Source: an uncultured Chlamydiae bacterium
GTDB lineage: Bacteria > Chlamydiota > Chlamydiia > Chlamydiales > SM23-39
DNA: 64,000 nt
Direction: 5' to 3'
Assembly (NCBI GenBank): GCA_963828125.1
Contig: CAWHDP010000001.1
Location: 256,001-320,000 of the forward strand
The position numbers were made by a program, and so were the translations under genes. The notes under the pieces are model-generated. The model was not told where the DNA came from, searched no databases, and worked only from the letters and a program-made list of their open reading frames with translations. Shown one piece after another: positions 51,632 through 60,646 of this stretch. Each line of letters starts with the position of its first letter. The stretch's first letter is position 1.

Positions 51632-52011
51632 GAGTGGTGACCACGTATCCAAAAGTTAGTCGGATCTTAGGCTAACGGCATCAGGATAGCCCAGTGCTGT
51701 AATCCCATTTATGGGAGTGCTGATCACATTGTCGGCGCCACTCTTTTTTCATCTACGCCTTTATGCACAAGTTCTCTAATGGCCACGGGATTTATTGATG
51801 GGAAGCTGGCCCAATTTAAAAATCCAATACTATCTCAAGGTTTAAAGCCCAATCCTCAAATCCTTTTGGGTAGCAGAAATGATAATACAAATCCCCACTG
51901 TTAAAGTCAGACCCTAAACGGGCAATATCATACGATATCCCTCCTAATCGAGCAGTCAAATGAGTCTGCAATATCATTTTATTCTGATATATATTGAGCA
52001 TATGTGGATAA

Positions 52012-52377
52012 TCACACTTTGGCTCTAGATCTTCTTCGTTTTGTCCTAGGTCTTTTTACTGTTACTGTCCCTCTTCTAGTCGATTTAGAGATGCGGCGTT
52101 GAGGAAGAACTCTGATTTCTACATTGCATCCAAGAAGAGTAAGATAGTAAACCAAGGTGTCATTGCTGAAATCATTGATTTTGCCAGTCATGAGGGCTGA
52201 CACTTTAGGAGGGCTGATGCCTAAGATGGTTGCAATTTCTTTTTGGGTTAGATCGCTCTTTCTGATCAAATTGACTACTTCTGACATGAGGTCAGAGCGG
52301 GTTGCTATCTCGTCAGCGTCATCGAGGCCGAGGTCTGCAAATATGTTGTTTGTTGTGATAGAATTCTTGTCTTTCAT
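52012..52377 (-). CDS. XRE/HigA-type HTH antitoxin
   Basis: NIFADLG, TQKEIATILGISPPKVSAL; overlaps the toxin stop. Confidence 0.85.
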   Translation of the reverse strand: MKDKNSITTNNIFADLGLDDADEIATRSDLMSEVVNLIRKSDLTQKEIATILGISPPKVSALMTGKINDFSNDTLVYYLTLLGCNVEIRVLPQRRISKSTRRGTVTVKRPRTKRRRSRAKV

Positions 52378-52727
52378 TGTTCCCTCTTCCATTCATGGTA
52401 ATCAATCTTTGCTTGTTTAAATCTCTGGAGAATTAGTTCGATCTCCTGTTTGGGTGTTGCGATGCCTTTCTGGCTCTTTTTCTGAAAAACGTGAAGTACT
52501 GCCACCACCTCTTTGAATTCTACCGTATATGCAGTCCTGAAGGTTCCCTCTCGCTCATCGACCACGATCTCTCGGATAGGCTCGTGCAAGTGCTTCAGGG
52601 GCTTGGTGTTCCCAGGGTCTCTTTCTTTTTGAATCTCTCTCAATGAGTGACCAAATTCTCTCTGCACGTCTGGGGGCAGCTCTTTTAGGTCTTTTTTGGA
52701 GCTGCCTACCCATAGAATAGGCTTCAT
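52374..52727 (-). CDS. RelE/HigB (Gp49-like) toxin
   Basis: WVGSSKKDLKELP, FRTAYTV, LHVFQKKS..GIATPK; start uncertain (52727 or 52745). Confidence 0.87.
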   Translation of the reverse strand: MKPILWVGSSKKDLKELPPDVQREFGHSLREIQKERDPGNTKPLKHLHEPIREIVVDEREGTFRTAYTVEFKEVVAVLHVFQKKSQKGIATPKQEIELILQRFKQAKIDYHEWKREQ

Positions 52728-53395
52728 GGGAACGCGATATTTCATACCTCTTATGATTATCAATATTGGTAATTTTCTTCTAGACAAGAATTTATTTTAA
52801 TGTGAGGGGGGTCAACTCGCGAAACGGATTGTAACGCACGTTAAGACTTTATCGGCAATCGTAGCTGCCTAAAATTCGTTCCATTGGGCTTCAACCCCTA
52901 TAACGGAAATCCAACGGAGTAGCCAATCGCCAGCCTTTGAAATGGATTGACCTCGATTGACAATATTTTCTAGCAATAATCTAGTTTTTTCTATAGACTT
53001 TGCCAAGCAAAGGTGATTTAAGGTCATCTGAAGTATTTGGCGGAGACGGCTCCCCAAGACTGTTAATCCATTGGTCGAATGTTCGAATCATTCACCCGGA
53101 GTTTGTCTACCTTTAACTGGGGCATGCTCTACCTCAAAGAGAAGCTCTCCTACATTATTTTTTGCCCCAACAAAATACCATCTTGGTCCTAGCAGAAAAT
53201 AGGGTTGCAAAACATTGTTGCCTGATTCCCAAATTTTTATAGAGGCTTGAAGACCCACTGTAAGTGGTGCAATCCAAATACTGGTTTTGGATCCCGAACC
53301 TGTAGAGCGCTCCACTGATGAAACAACCAAAATAGCAATTCCAATTGTAAGTTAGTACAAGCTGGTAATCCGCTCCTCCTTCACCAATGACTGTG
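52401..53395 (+). repeat. Second, internally deleted copy of 34858-36324
   Basis: Matches 34858-35613, then ~36066-36324 with a further 20-bp deletion. Confidence 0.9.
53058..53104 (+). repeat. att core copy 5 (same variant as copy 3)
   Basis: Identical to 35515-35561. Confidence 0.93.
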
Positions 53396-53440
53396 GGACT
53401 TAGGATCGCTTGATCTTTTTTCGATAGTTCTGTACGATGG

Positions 53441-53508
53441 GTCTTATAAGTGGATCGGGAGTTCCCGATCGGCGTCTTGCCTCGGCGTAAGCCGGGGCTT
53501 TTCGCTTT
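53441..53508 (-). ncRNA. Candidate DUF3800-associated structured RNA
   Basis: AAAGCGAAAA-GCCCCGGC-TTAC-GCCGAGGC-AAGACGCC-GATCGGG-AACT-CCCGATC-CAC: two hairpins at the native 3' end of the DUF3800 gene. Confidence 0.55.
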
Positions 53509-54229
53509 GTGCGCCCGGCAGGGCGCAATCACTAGAGAGTGAAAGTCTCTCATGGACCCGATAAGGGGAACCATTAGCAATTGACAAGGGTGTCCACAGA
53601 AAGGGTTATGGCATCGCTTAAAGAGGTCTTAGAAGAGCGCCTGAAACTTAAGATCAACGAAGAGAAAAGCGCGGTAGCTAGACCCTGGAGTCGCAAATTT
53701 CTTGGATATTCAATGACAGTCGATAAAAAGACGAGATTGAAGGTATCTCCAAAAGCCATAGAACGGCTGAAGGATAAAATGAAAGAGAAGTTCCGGCAAG
53801 GGCGAGGTAGAAATCTAGGAAAGTTTATCGAGGAACTCAAGCCTCTACTGGGAGGGTGGATTAACTACTTTCGACTAGCGGAGACCAAGAAAGCAATCGA
53901 AGAACTGGACTGGTGGATAAGACGTAAGCTGCGATGCATTATCTGGCGGCAGAAGAAGAACGGAAGGGCAAGAACTGACGTAATGATGAAGATGGGAATA
54001 GACAAAGTACGCGCTCGGACATCGGCGGGAAATAGACGAGGTCCATGGTGGAACTCTGGAGCCCCGCATATGAATGAAGCTTTCCCAAAATCATACTTTG
54101 ATAACCTAGGGCTTGTATCTCTGCTCGATCAACAGTGGAAGTTCCAGAGGATGTTGTGAACCGCCGTATACGGATCCGTACGTACGGTGGTGTGAGGGGA
54201 CGGAGGCCATAAACCTCCTCCCACTCGAT
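53509..54229 (+). mobile_element. Internally deleted group IIC intron
   Basis: 5' GTGCGCCCGGC directly after a hairpin and T run; domain V GAACCGCCGTATACGG...CGTACGGTGGTGTGAG; domain VI ending CTCGAT. Confidence 0.88.
53581..54159 (+). pseudogene. Group II intron RT/maturase C-terminal remnant
   Basis: LKLKINEEKS, FLGYS, GWINYF, LD.WIRRKLR (thumb/X domain); no YADD. Confidence 0.88.
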
Positions 54230-55188
54230 CTAGGGGGTGACATTTTAGCCCCATTTCTTCGTATTCTGGATATCCCAATAGTTTCTCTTTCACTATATCA
54301 AAAGCCTTATTGGGCTGATCTTTTTTTAAGATATGTCTAGAGATCGGATGGGCGACCAAATCTGCCATTTGCAGACCGCTGCTGTTCGTTTGCTTATGAG
54401 CGAATCGGATATTCAGAGGATAACGATCGGGTAGTCCTTGGCTCGCAATTTGATCGAAGGCTAATCCTAAGTCTTGATCTTCAGGCTTGCCTCTGCTTTC
54501 CACGATGATGTGGGTGAGTAAGTGTCGTTGCCCCTTCTCTTGTAAAAACTCTATGGTCTGTTGGAGACAAGATCCTAGAGCGAGCACATAGGGATTTGTA
54601 GAGCTCGAATCACTTCCAAGATATCGCTTATCAATAGCTGTTGCTGCGATTGAAAATGGGATGGTTCTGATCATTTCATTGAGAGAGTGTAGGAAAATCC
54701 TTCTGAGTTCCTCATTGAATAGAAACGAGAATTCTCCTTTTGATTTTCGTATCTCGTGATTGTGCAGAACAACAAGGTCATGTCCCCAGAAGTCGATTTT
54801 GAATTTGGCGACAGCTTGTTTGACGATCGAAATGTAATCGGTTTTTCTGAAAATGCAAAATGCGAGCACAAAGATTGGGTTTTCCGGATTGATTGTCTTG
54901 ATTCCGTGGTCACCGCTCTCATCAGCAAATACGATGTAATCGCTAAAATCATTTCGCATTTTAAAGAGCTTACCCGAAAGAAGATGAGCTCTCAAGATCT
55001 CTTTGAAAATATCGAAGACTTCTCTACGGAAAAAATGCGGAAATCCAACGGAGTTGCAGGTGGACGTTGGTTGATTCTTTTTACCCTTGTTTGCAAATTG
55101 ATCTTGGGAAAAATCGGAGTTTCCCTATAGACTTGAGTTGTTTTGGGTGAGGTTAGGTAACCTAAGGTAAGAGACGTCAGCGACTTTG

Positions 55189-55235
55189 GTGGACTGTTAA
55201 TCCATTGGTCGTATGTTCGAATCATACACCCGGAG
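55189..55235 (+). repeat. att core copy 6
   Basis: GTGGACTGTTAATCCATTGGTCGTATGTTCGAATCATACACCCGGAG, identical to the tRNA. Confidence 0.95.
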
Positions 55236-55331
55236 ATTTGCTGGTTGGAACATTCTTTCTCGATCCCTTGTTATCAAGGCAAGGTCGAAGAGATCGTTAA
55301 GAGCTACCGATCCAATCAATAGGAGGAGAGC

Positions 55332-55652
55332 ATGAATATCTTTCCTGGAATTGCGACATTTTTTAGCTATATACTGTTCCTTGTCTATATTGTTTTCCTC
55401 ATTCCGGCTTTGATCTATATCTCTCCACTAGGCCTATTTATTTTAGATAGGGATGGCGTAGGGACTGTGGCTGCGATATCTTGCCTGGTCGCTACAATCG
55501 CTATACCATTGTCTATGGCAGCTAGCATCTATTTTATGATCAAATATTCAAAGAGGCCTTTAAGGATGTTTTTTTCAGCCTGTCTTCCTTTCGGAGTAGT
55601 TTTCTTTGCACTGTGCTGGGCACATTTAATTTCTTGGCTCTGCAGCGCGTAA
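55332..55652 (+). CDS. Small membrane protein
   Basis: Three hydrophobic segments; AGGAGG RBS. Confidence 0.65.
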   Translation: MNIFPGIATFFSYILFLVYIVFLIPALIYISPLGLFILDRDGVGTVAAISCLVATIAIPLSMAASIYFMIKYSKRPLRMFFSACLPFGVVFFALCWAHLISWLCSA

Positions 55653-55937
55653 ATTTTTCTGGAATGAATGGTGCACTGGCGGTGCAGTTAGATATAAAAA
55701 CTGACCACAAGGGACCACAAGCCATAATAATCCATTCACTCTCAAGTCCTTGATTCTCTTGTTGCTAGTAATTGTAGGTTGTGGTCGGCTGAAGATGGGT
55801 GTGTATTTGAAGTATCTGTCTTTTAGTGGTCTAACAGATAGATACTTAAGTTCTCTTTTGACCGAATTTTATGGAAAAGTTCATTGGTAAGAGGATAACA
55901 TGGGAGACAAACTTGGGAGATAAATTGCAAGGCTGAT

Positions 55938-56690
55938 ATGGCAGAGATGAATCGAAAAACCTATAAGAATCCCCAGATTGTTGAGGCAGTGATAGAGGTT
56001 CGCTTTATCAAACCTATTGACAATGCAAAGGTTCAAGACGCTCTGAGCACTCAATACGATCATTGCAGGCGAGAAGATCTTATTTCGTTTACCGCCCAGC
56101 CTGGCCCAGAGGGTATGGCCGTCACTCGTAATCAGACAGGAAAGTTTCGATTGCACTACTCGATTACAAAGCATTTAACAGCTTTCGTTTATTCAGACAG
56201 AGTTTCCTTTCATTGGCAAGGCAAATACCCTGGTTGGGATATATTCCAACCTGCCTTCAAATCGTTTTGGACAAAATTGCTGAAAGCAACCCCAGAAATC
56301 GCAAGTGGCCGTGTTGGTGTACGCTTCATCAACATGGTTAATGAAAAAACAGCTGATCAAGAAGTAGGGCATTGGCTTAAGCCGGCAATTGATTATCCGA
56401 AAGGGCTTCTCTCTTCTAAAGGAGGCTTTTTTTACAGTATTAGAAGGCCACTAAAATTAAAGCATTATATTCAGCTCTTTGTCGCAGAAGGTGAACCCAG
56501 CACAACCGATGGTAATAAGCCCCTGATTTTGGATATTGATGTTCAGTCGGATCATATAGATAAGGAAGGCGTTACGTCGAAAAAAGAGCTTCTGTCTTTA
56601 ATCGAAACTTTGCATGACGAAGTTGGCGATATTTTTGAAAATTCTATTACCAAGAATTATCTTAACTTGTTGAATAAGAAGGTGGAGTAA
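55938..56690 (+). CDS. TIGR04255 family protein
   Basis: Y.NP.IVEAVIEVRF, YPGW..F, RVGVRFIN, ILDID, LH......FE..IT motifs. Confidence 0.82.
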   Translation: MAEMNRKTYKNPQIVEAVIEVRFIKPIDNAKVQDALSTQYDHCRREDLISFTAQPGPEGMAVTRNQTGKFRLHYSITKHLTAFVYSDRVSFHWQGKYPGWDIFQPAFKSFWTKLLKATPEIASGRVGVRFINMVNEKTADQEVGHWLKPAIDYPKGLLSSKGGFFYSIRRPLKLKHYIQLFVAEGEPSTTDGNKPLILDIDVQSDHIDKEGVTSKKELLSLIETLHDEVGDIFENSITKNYLNLLNKKVE

Positions 56691-56691
56691 G

Positions 56692-56973
56692 ATGGCTGTA
56701 TTACACGCAGACGGCTTTCCTGGTACCGTTAGAAGTGTGGAGGAGCGCTTTTATGCTGAATTAGCTGACAGAATGCCTGGAAATTCTTCTGTTAGCATGA
56801 CCTACATGCAACAACTGCCTAATGTGACAGTATCTGAGGTTAGGCCGAAGTCCTCTCGTTTAGCTATGCTGGAAGAAGCTGGTCTGCTTGGATGTTTAAC
56901 AGATACCGAGTTCACAAGTAGTAATTCTAAAGAGATTCTGCGAAAATTTTATTCGAAAAAAACTGGTAAATAA
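56692..56973 (+). CDS. Small hypothetical protein, possible antitoxin
   Basis: Coupled between TIGR04255 and the PIN gene; GGAG RBS. Confidence 0.55.
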   Translation: MAVLHADGFPGTVRSVEERFYAELADRMPGNSSVSMTYMQQLPNVTVSEVRPKSSRLAMLEEAGLLGCLTDTEFTSSNSKEILRKFYSKKTGK

Positions 56974-56990
56974 TGTGCTAGAGAATCGTT

Positions 56991-57452
56991 GTGAACTCTT
57001 CTAAAAAACCAGTAATCGCTGATACGGGATACCTATTCGCATTCTATAGTAAAAAAGATCAGTACTATCGAGTGGTTGCCGAATGGGAAGAATCTTTTGG
57101 AGAAGGATATAGGCTTGTTACTACACCTTTTGTTGTTTTAGAGGTTTATCAAATGCTTCTTGATATTAACCATTCAAAAGCTTTGAGCTTCATGGAATTA
57201 GTAGAGAAAGGAGAGTACGTAGAAGTAATTCCTCTTGAAAGAGATTGGGTTAGAAAATTCAAGCAGATTGTAAAGAAATATAAAGACAAATCTCTCGACT
57301 TTGCGGATATGTCTATTTTGTTGTTGGCAGATCAATTGAATCTGGGGGATCTACTTACTATAGATCAGGGAGACTTTTCTTTTCTCACATGGGACAATGG
57401 TGGGAAATATTTCAACAATCTTTTGCAAGATATTCTTATCAAAAAGTTCTAA
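56991..57452 (+). CDS. PIN-domain (VapC-like) ribonuclease
   Basis: IADTG, D.Y, V.EV, DFADMS, LTIDQGDF acidic motif set. Confidence 0.87.
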   Translation: MNSSKKPVIADTGYLFAFYSKKDQYYRVVAEWEESFGEGYRLVTTPFVVLEVYQMLLDINHSKALSFMELVEKGEYVEVIPLERDWVRKFKQIVKKYKDKSLDFADMSILLLADQLNLGDLLTIDQGDFSFLTWDNGGKYFNNLLQDILIKKF

Positions 57453-57511
57453 CTATTTAATCCAGTTGTCGTTAAAATGGGTGGAGTGTTGTAGGGTGCT
57501 GTATTCGAGGC

Positions 57512-57558
57512 GACTGTTAAGCCATTGGTCGTATGTTCGAATCATACACCCGGAGTTT
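57512..57558 (+). repeat. att core copy 7
   Basis: tRNA 3' half with one T>G change after the anticodon loop. Confidence 0.92.
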
Positions 57559-57777
57559 CTTCCCGCATTTCCTAAATAGCTCTGGTACAAGCAATTTCAA
57601 ACCAGAGGCTCTTATGTTCAAATTTCGCAAAGTGCAGATTTTCCGCACTTTTTCCGCAAATGACTGGAACCCTCCAGAATCAAAATATTTATTTCACGCT
57701 GACAAAGGTGAACGATTTTCTAACATGTCATTGATAGAAAAGCTAACAACCAGTATCCTGATGGTCAGGAGTGAAGT

Positions 57778-58557
57778 ATGGAACAAAGTCTCGGGGACCG
57801 CATTAAAGTCCTTCGCGAAGAAATGGATATTAGCCAAGAGGCATTGGCTAAAATGTTGGGTATCGATCGTGCTAGTTTATCCCAAATTGAAAATGGGAAG
57901 AGATCGGTAAAGGCGGAGGAACTGTCTTCGATCTCCAAGGCTCTGAACGTATCAGCAGATATGCTCCTCGGGCTGACTTCTTCGCCAGAAATTTTCCTAG
58001 AGAAAAACCAAGACAAACTTGCAATACGCCCGATCAGAATCAATATCCCTCAAAAAAAGACACATAAGTTTAAGGAAGTTTTACTCTATATTCTTTCCAA
58101 AGTTGGCGCAAAGCCGAATGTAGGAGAGACGGTTATTTATAAGCTATTATATTTCATCGACTTTAATTTTTATGAAAAATATGAGGAACAGCTCATTGGA
58201 GCGACGTATATCAAAAATCATCACGGTCCCACCCCAATAGAGTTTCGGGCGGTTATTGAAGAAATGGTATCTGCAAAGGAACTGGAATGCGTTCAGAGTA
58301 AATATTTCAATTTTCCTCAGAGAAAATACTTGCCCCACAGGGCATCAGATCTTTCTCTACTTACTGGTGAAGAACTTCAGTTAATCGATGATGTTCTCAA
58401 TAAACTTTCAAACATGACGGCTACTGAAATTAGCGAATATTCCCACGGAGATGTCCCATGGATTACCACCCCCAATGGCGAGAAAATTGACTATGAATCG
58501 GTCTTTTACCGCACCGCCCCCTACAGCGTCAGAGATTACAGTACCGAGCTTTCGTGA
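57778..58557 (+). CDS. XRE HTH fused to a DUF4065 (SocA/Panacea) antitoxin domain
   Basis: SQEALAKMLGIDRASLSQIENG; KLLYF.DF, HGP.P, SEYSH.D.PW. Confidence 0.85.
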   Translation: MEQSLGDRIKVLREEMDISQEALAKMLGIDRASLSQIENGKRSVKAEELSSISKALNVSADMLLGLTSSPEIFLEKNQDKLAIRPIRINIPQKKTHKFKEVLLYILSKVGAKPNVGETVIYKLLYFIDFNFYEKYEEQLIGATYIKNHHGPTPIEFRAVIEEMVSAKELECVQSKYFNFPQRKYLPHRASDLSLLTGEELQLIDDVLNKLSNMTATEISEYSHGDVPWITTPNGEKIDYESVFYRTAPYSVRDYSTELS

Positions 58558-58900
58558 AATCACTCGCTCGCCTGCTTTCGAAAAGGACTTAAAAAAACTC
58601 TTGAAGCGGTTCCAGAGTTTAGAAAAAGACCTCGAAATTTTTCAGAAGGTCCAGCTTATTCTTTTTCATAAGCAGGGACTGGACAATGGGGGTATTGTTC
58701 GGATAGAGGGGTTAGGGCAGGGGATTTTGCAGATTTTCAAAGCTCGGAAATTTGCCTGCCGTTCTTTAAAAGGAAAGGGAGTTCAGTCGGGGATTCGAGT
58801 GATTTACTCATACACTGTGGAACTCGACCGAATTCGGTATATCGAAATATATTATAAGGGAGACCAAGAAATAGAAACGAAGGCCCGTTTCCATGTATAG
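58451..58900 (+). CDS. RelE/ParE-like toxin (start uncertain)
   Basis: FEKDLKKLLKRF.SL..DL, KAR......KG..SG.RVIY, IEIYYKGD. Confidence 0.72.
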   Translation: MSHGLPPPMARKLTMNRSFTAPPPTASEITVPSFREITRSPAFEKDLKKLLKRFQSLEKDLEIFQKVQLILFHKQGLDNGGIVRIEGLGQGILQIFKARKFACRSLKGKGVQSGIRVIYSYTVELDRIRYIEIYYKGDQEIETKARFHV

Positions 58901-59079
58901 TCAAAAGCTAAAGTCTGACTCAATACATTGAGAAAAATGCCTTTATGCTGTTAAGCTGCTATCCTTAGCGGGCAAAAGGTTTATGGGTGCTAAAGGTTAT
59001 ATTATTTAGCGAGAAGTATCCAGAAAGGGCATGATAACGGCCAGCCGAAAATTGCACAGATGCCTATTGGGGTTTAAAA

Positions 59080-59649
59080 ATGAATAAAATGAACAAACTT
59101 CTTTTCGCCATTGGCTTAACTTTTTCATGGGGCTATTGCTATGCAAGTGTAAATCAAGAAGTTGAAATTCAGGGACTTGAAATGAATTATAGCACGGAGC
59201 AACAAGCAAAGAAATTTTTCATCGGTCTTGAATTAAGGACAAACAATGAAGAATGTTCTTATGCTATGCCAGCTCATAAGGAGAGGTTTTTCAAAGAAAA
59301 TATTCCCGCTAAGATTCCGAATAAAATCAATGGCAATATTCTCGCACTTTACACTGATTACGAAGGAGATTACACGAAACCTTACTCATGGATTCTCGGT
59401 TGTGAAGTGTCTAGTTTGAATGACGTGCCTGAGGGACTTGTAGGTAGGGCAATTCCTGAAGCTAGATATGCTGTTTTTACCACTCAAGGAGAGTTTCCTC
59501 AAGGACTGATTGTCGCATGGCAGGCAATTTGGAAGGCAAATCTCCCTCGTTCCTATACAAGCGATTTCGAAGTATATCGTTCTACTTTTGATCCTCAGAA
59601 AAATCCTGAGGTAAAGGTTTATATTGCTATAGAGAACGAGGGGCGATGA
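59080..59649 (+). CDS. GyrI-like/Cass2 effector-binding domain protein
   Basis: [20 protein letters not shown]...G, W..IW, R.Y..DFEVY, YIAI. Confidence 0.85.
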   Translation: MNKMNKLLFAIGLTFSWGYCYASVNQEVEIQGLEMNYSTEQQAKKFFIGLELRTNNEECSYAMPAHKERFFKENIPAKIPNKINGNILALYTDYEGDYTKPYSWILGCEVSSLNDVPEGLVGRAIPEARYAVFTTQGEFPQGLIVAWQAIWKANLPRSYTSDFEVYRSTFDPQKNPEVKVYIAIENEGR

Positions 59650-59650
59650 T

Positions 59651-59905
59651 ATGGAAACACAACACGATTTTTTACAGATTCAATTTGCTGATTTTCTCAA
59701 AGTAGATATTCGCGTAGGGACGATTGTGAATGTCGAAGACTACCCAGAAGCACGGAAGCCTGCTTATAAGTTAGAAATCGATTTTGGTGCATTCGGTAGG
59801 AAACGTTCCTCAGCGCAGATCACGCAACACGATTGCAAAGAAGATCTCATAGGCAAGCAAGTGATCGCGGTAGTTAATTTTCCTCCAAAGAAGTATGTCG
59901 ATTAG
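59651..59905 (+). pseudogene. csaA: CsaA-like tRNA-binding protein, C-terminally truncated
   Basis: [38 protein letters not shown], then an abrupt break. Confidence 0.78.
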
Positions 59906-60057
59906 CAAAAATGAGAAACTGCGGACGTGTTGAATGGTGGGTGCTCGACTGGAATGAACGAGCGATCAATTTTTATAAAAAAATTGGCGCGGTCCCTATG
60001 TCTGAGTGGACTGTATTTCGGCTTACAGAAGAATCTATCAATCGGTTAGTGCGGTAA
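59887..60057 (+). pseudogene. C-terminal fragment of an SSAT-like GNAT
   Basis: Alternate frame reads CGRVEWWVLDWNERAINFYKKIGA...W..FRL*. Confidence 0.75.
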
Positions 60058-60061
60058 GAAT

Positions 60062-60646
60062 ATGTCCAAACGAATACTCATGATTGCAGGCCCTAATGGC
60101 GCTGGTAAAACGACTATGACATTGGAACTCATTCGCGGTTGTTCGATGCTTTATGAATTCATCAACGCAGATGAAATCGCCAGAGGACTTGCCCCAAGGC
60201 ATCCAGAGAGTATGGCACTCACAGCTAGTAAATTGATGATTAAGCGGCTAAAGGAGCTACTAGATGCTGACAAGAGCTTTGCATTTGAAATCACAGCTTC
60301 AGGCACGAACTATGTAAAGCACTTAAAAGCTGCCAAGATGAAGGGATATGAGATCAGTCTCACATTCCTCTGGCTGTCTAAGCCAGAAGAGGCGGTTAAG
60401 CGAGTAGCTCAAAGGGTAAAGCAAGGAGGGCATCACGTTCCCGAGGGGTCTGTTATAAGGCGCTATTATTCAGGAATTAAGAATCTTATTCAGCATTATT
60501 TGCCTCTAGCTGACGAAGTTTTTATCATGGATAATTCTTCGGAAGAGTCTTCGAAGAGACTGATTGCTAGAAAAAATAAGAATGATCCTCTAGATATCCT
60601 AGATAGAGCTATTTGGAGAAAAATTGAGGAGACTGCCAATGAGTGA
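60062..60646 (+). CDS. Zeta-toxin-like P-loop kinase/ATPase
   Basis: AGPNGAGKTT, FINADEIA, RVAQRV.QGGH.VP...I.RRY. Confidence 0.85.
   Translation: MSKRILMIAGPNGAGKTTMTLELIRGCSMLYEFINADEIARGLAPRHPESMALTASKLMIKRLKELLDADKSFAFEITASGTNYVKHLKAAKMKGYEISLTFLWLSKPEEAVKRVAQRVKQGGHHVPEGSVIRRYYSGIKNLIQHYLPLADEVFIMDNSSEESSKRLIARKNKNDPLDILDRAIWRKIEETANE

Larger units (their letters stand above)
53444..54959 (-). pseudogene. DUF3800 family protein interrupted near its 3' end by an antisense group II intron
   Basis: ADESGD, LHNHEIRK, ESRG..ED, GLQMADLVAHPI; removing 53509-54229 restores ...GLKCHPL-ESEKPR...PIHL*; currently reads through to a stop at 54129. Confidence 0.82.

Noticed and set aside
51816..52001. 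61-aa minus-strand ORF downstream of the antitoxin
   Set aside because: Short with no motif; possibly a gene remnant, but unsupported.
53581..54159. RT-like ORF as a retron, DGR or defence reverse transcriptase
   Set aside because: There is no catalytic YADD region, and it is flanked by group II intron 5' end and domain V/VI sequences.
57533..57910. ORFs starting MFES(Y/F)TRS (also 35536 and 61011)
   Set aside because: The ATG comes from the T arm of the att repeat, so these are by-products of the repeat.
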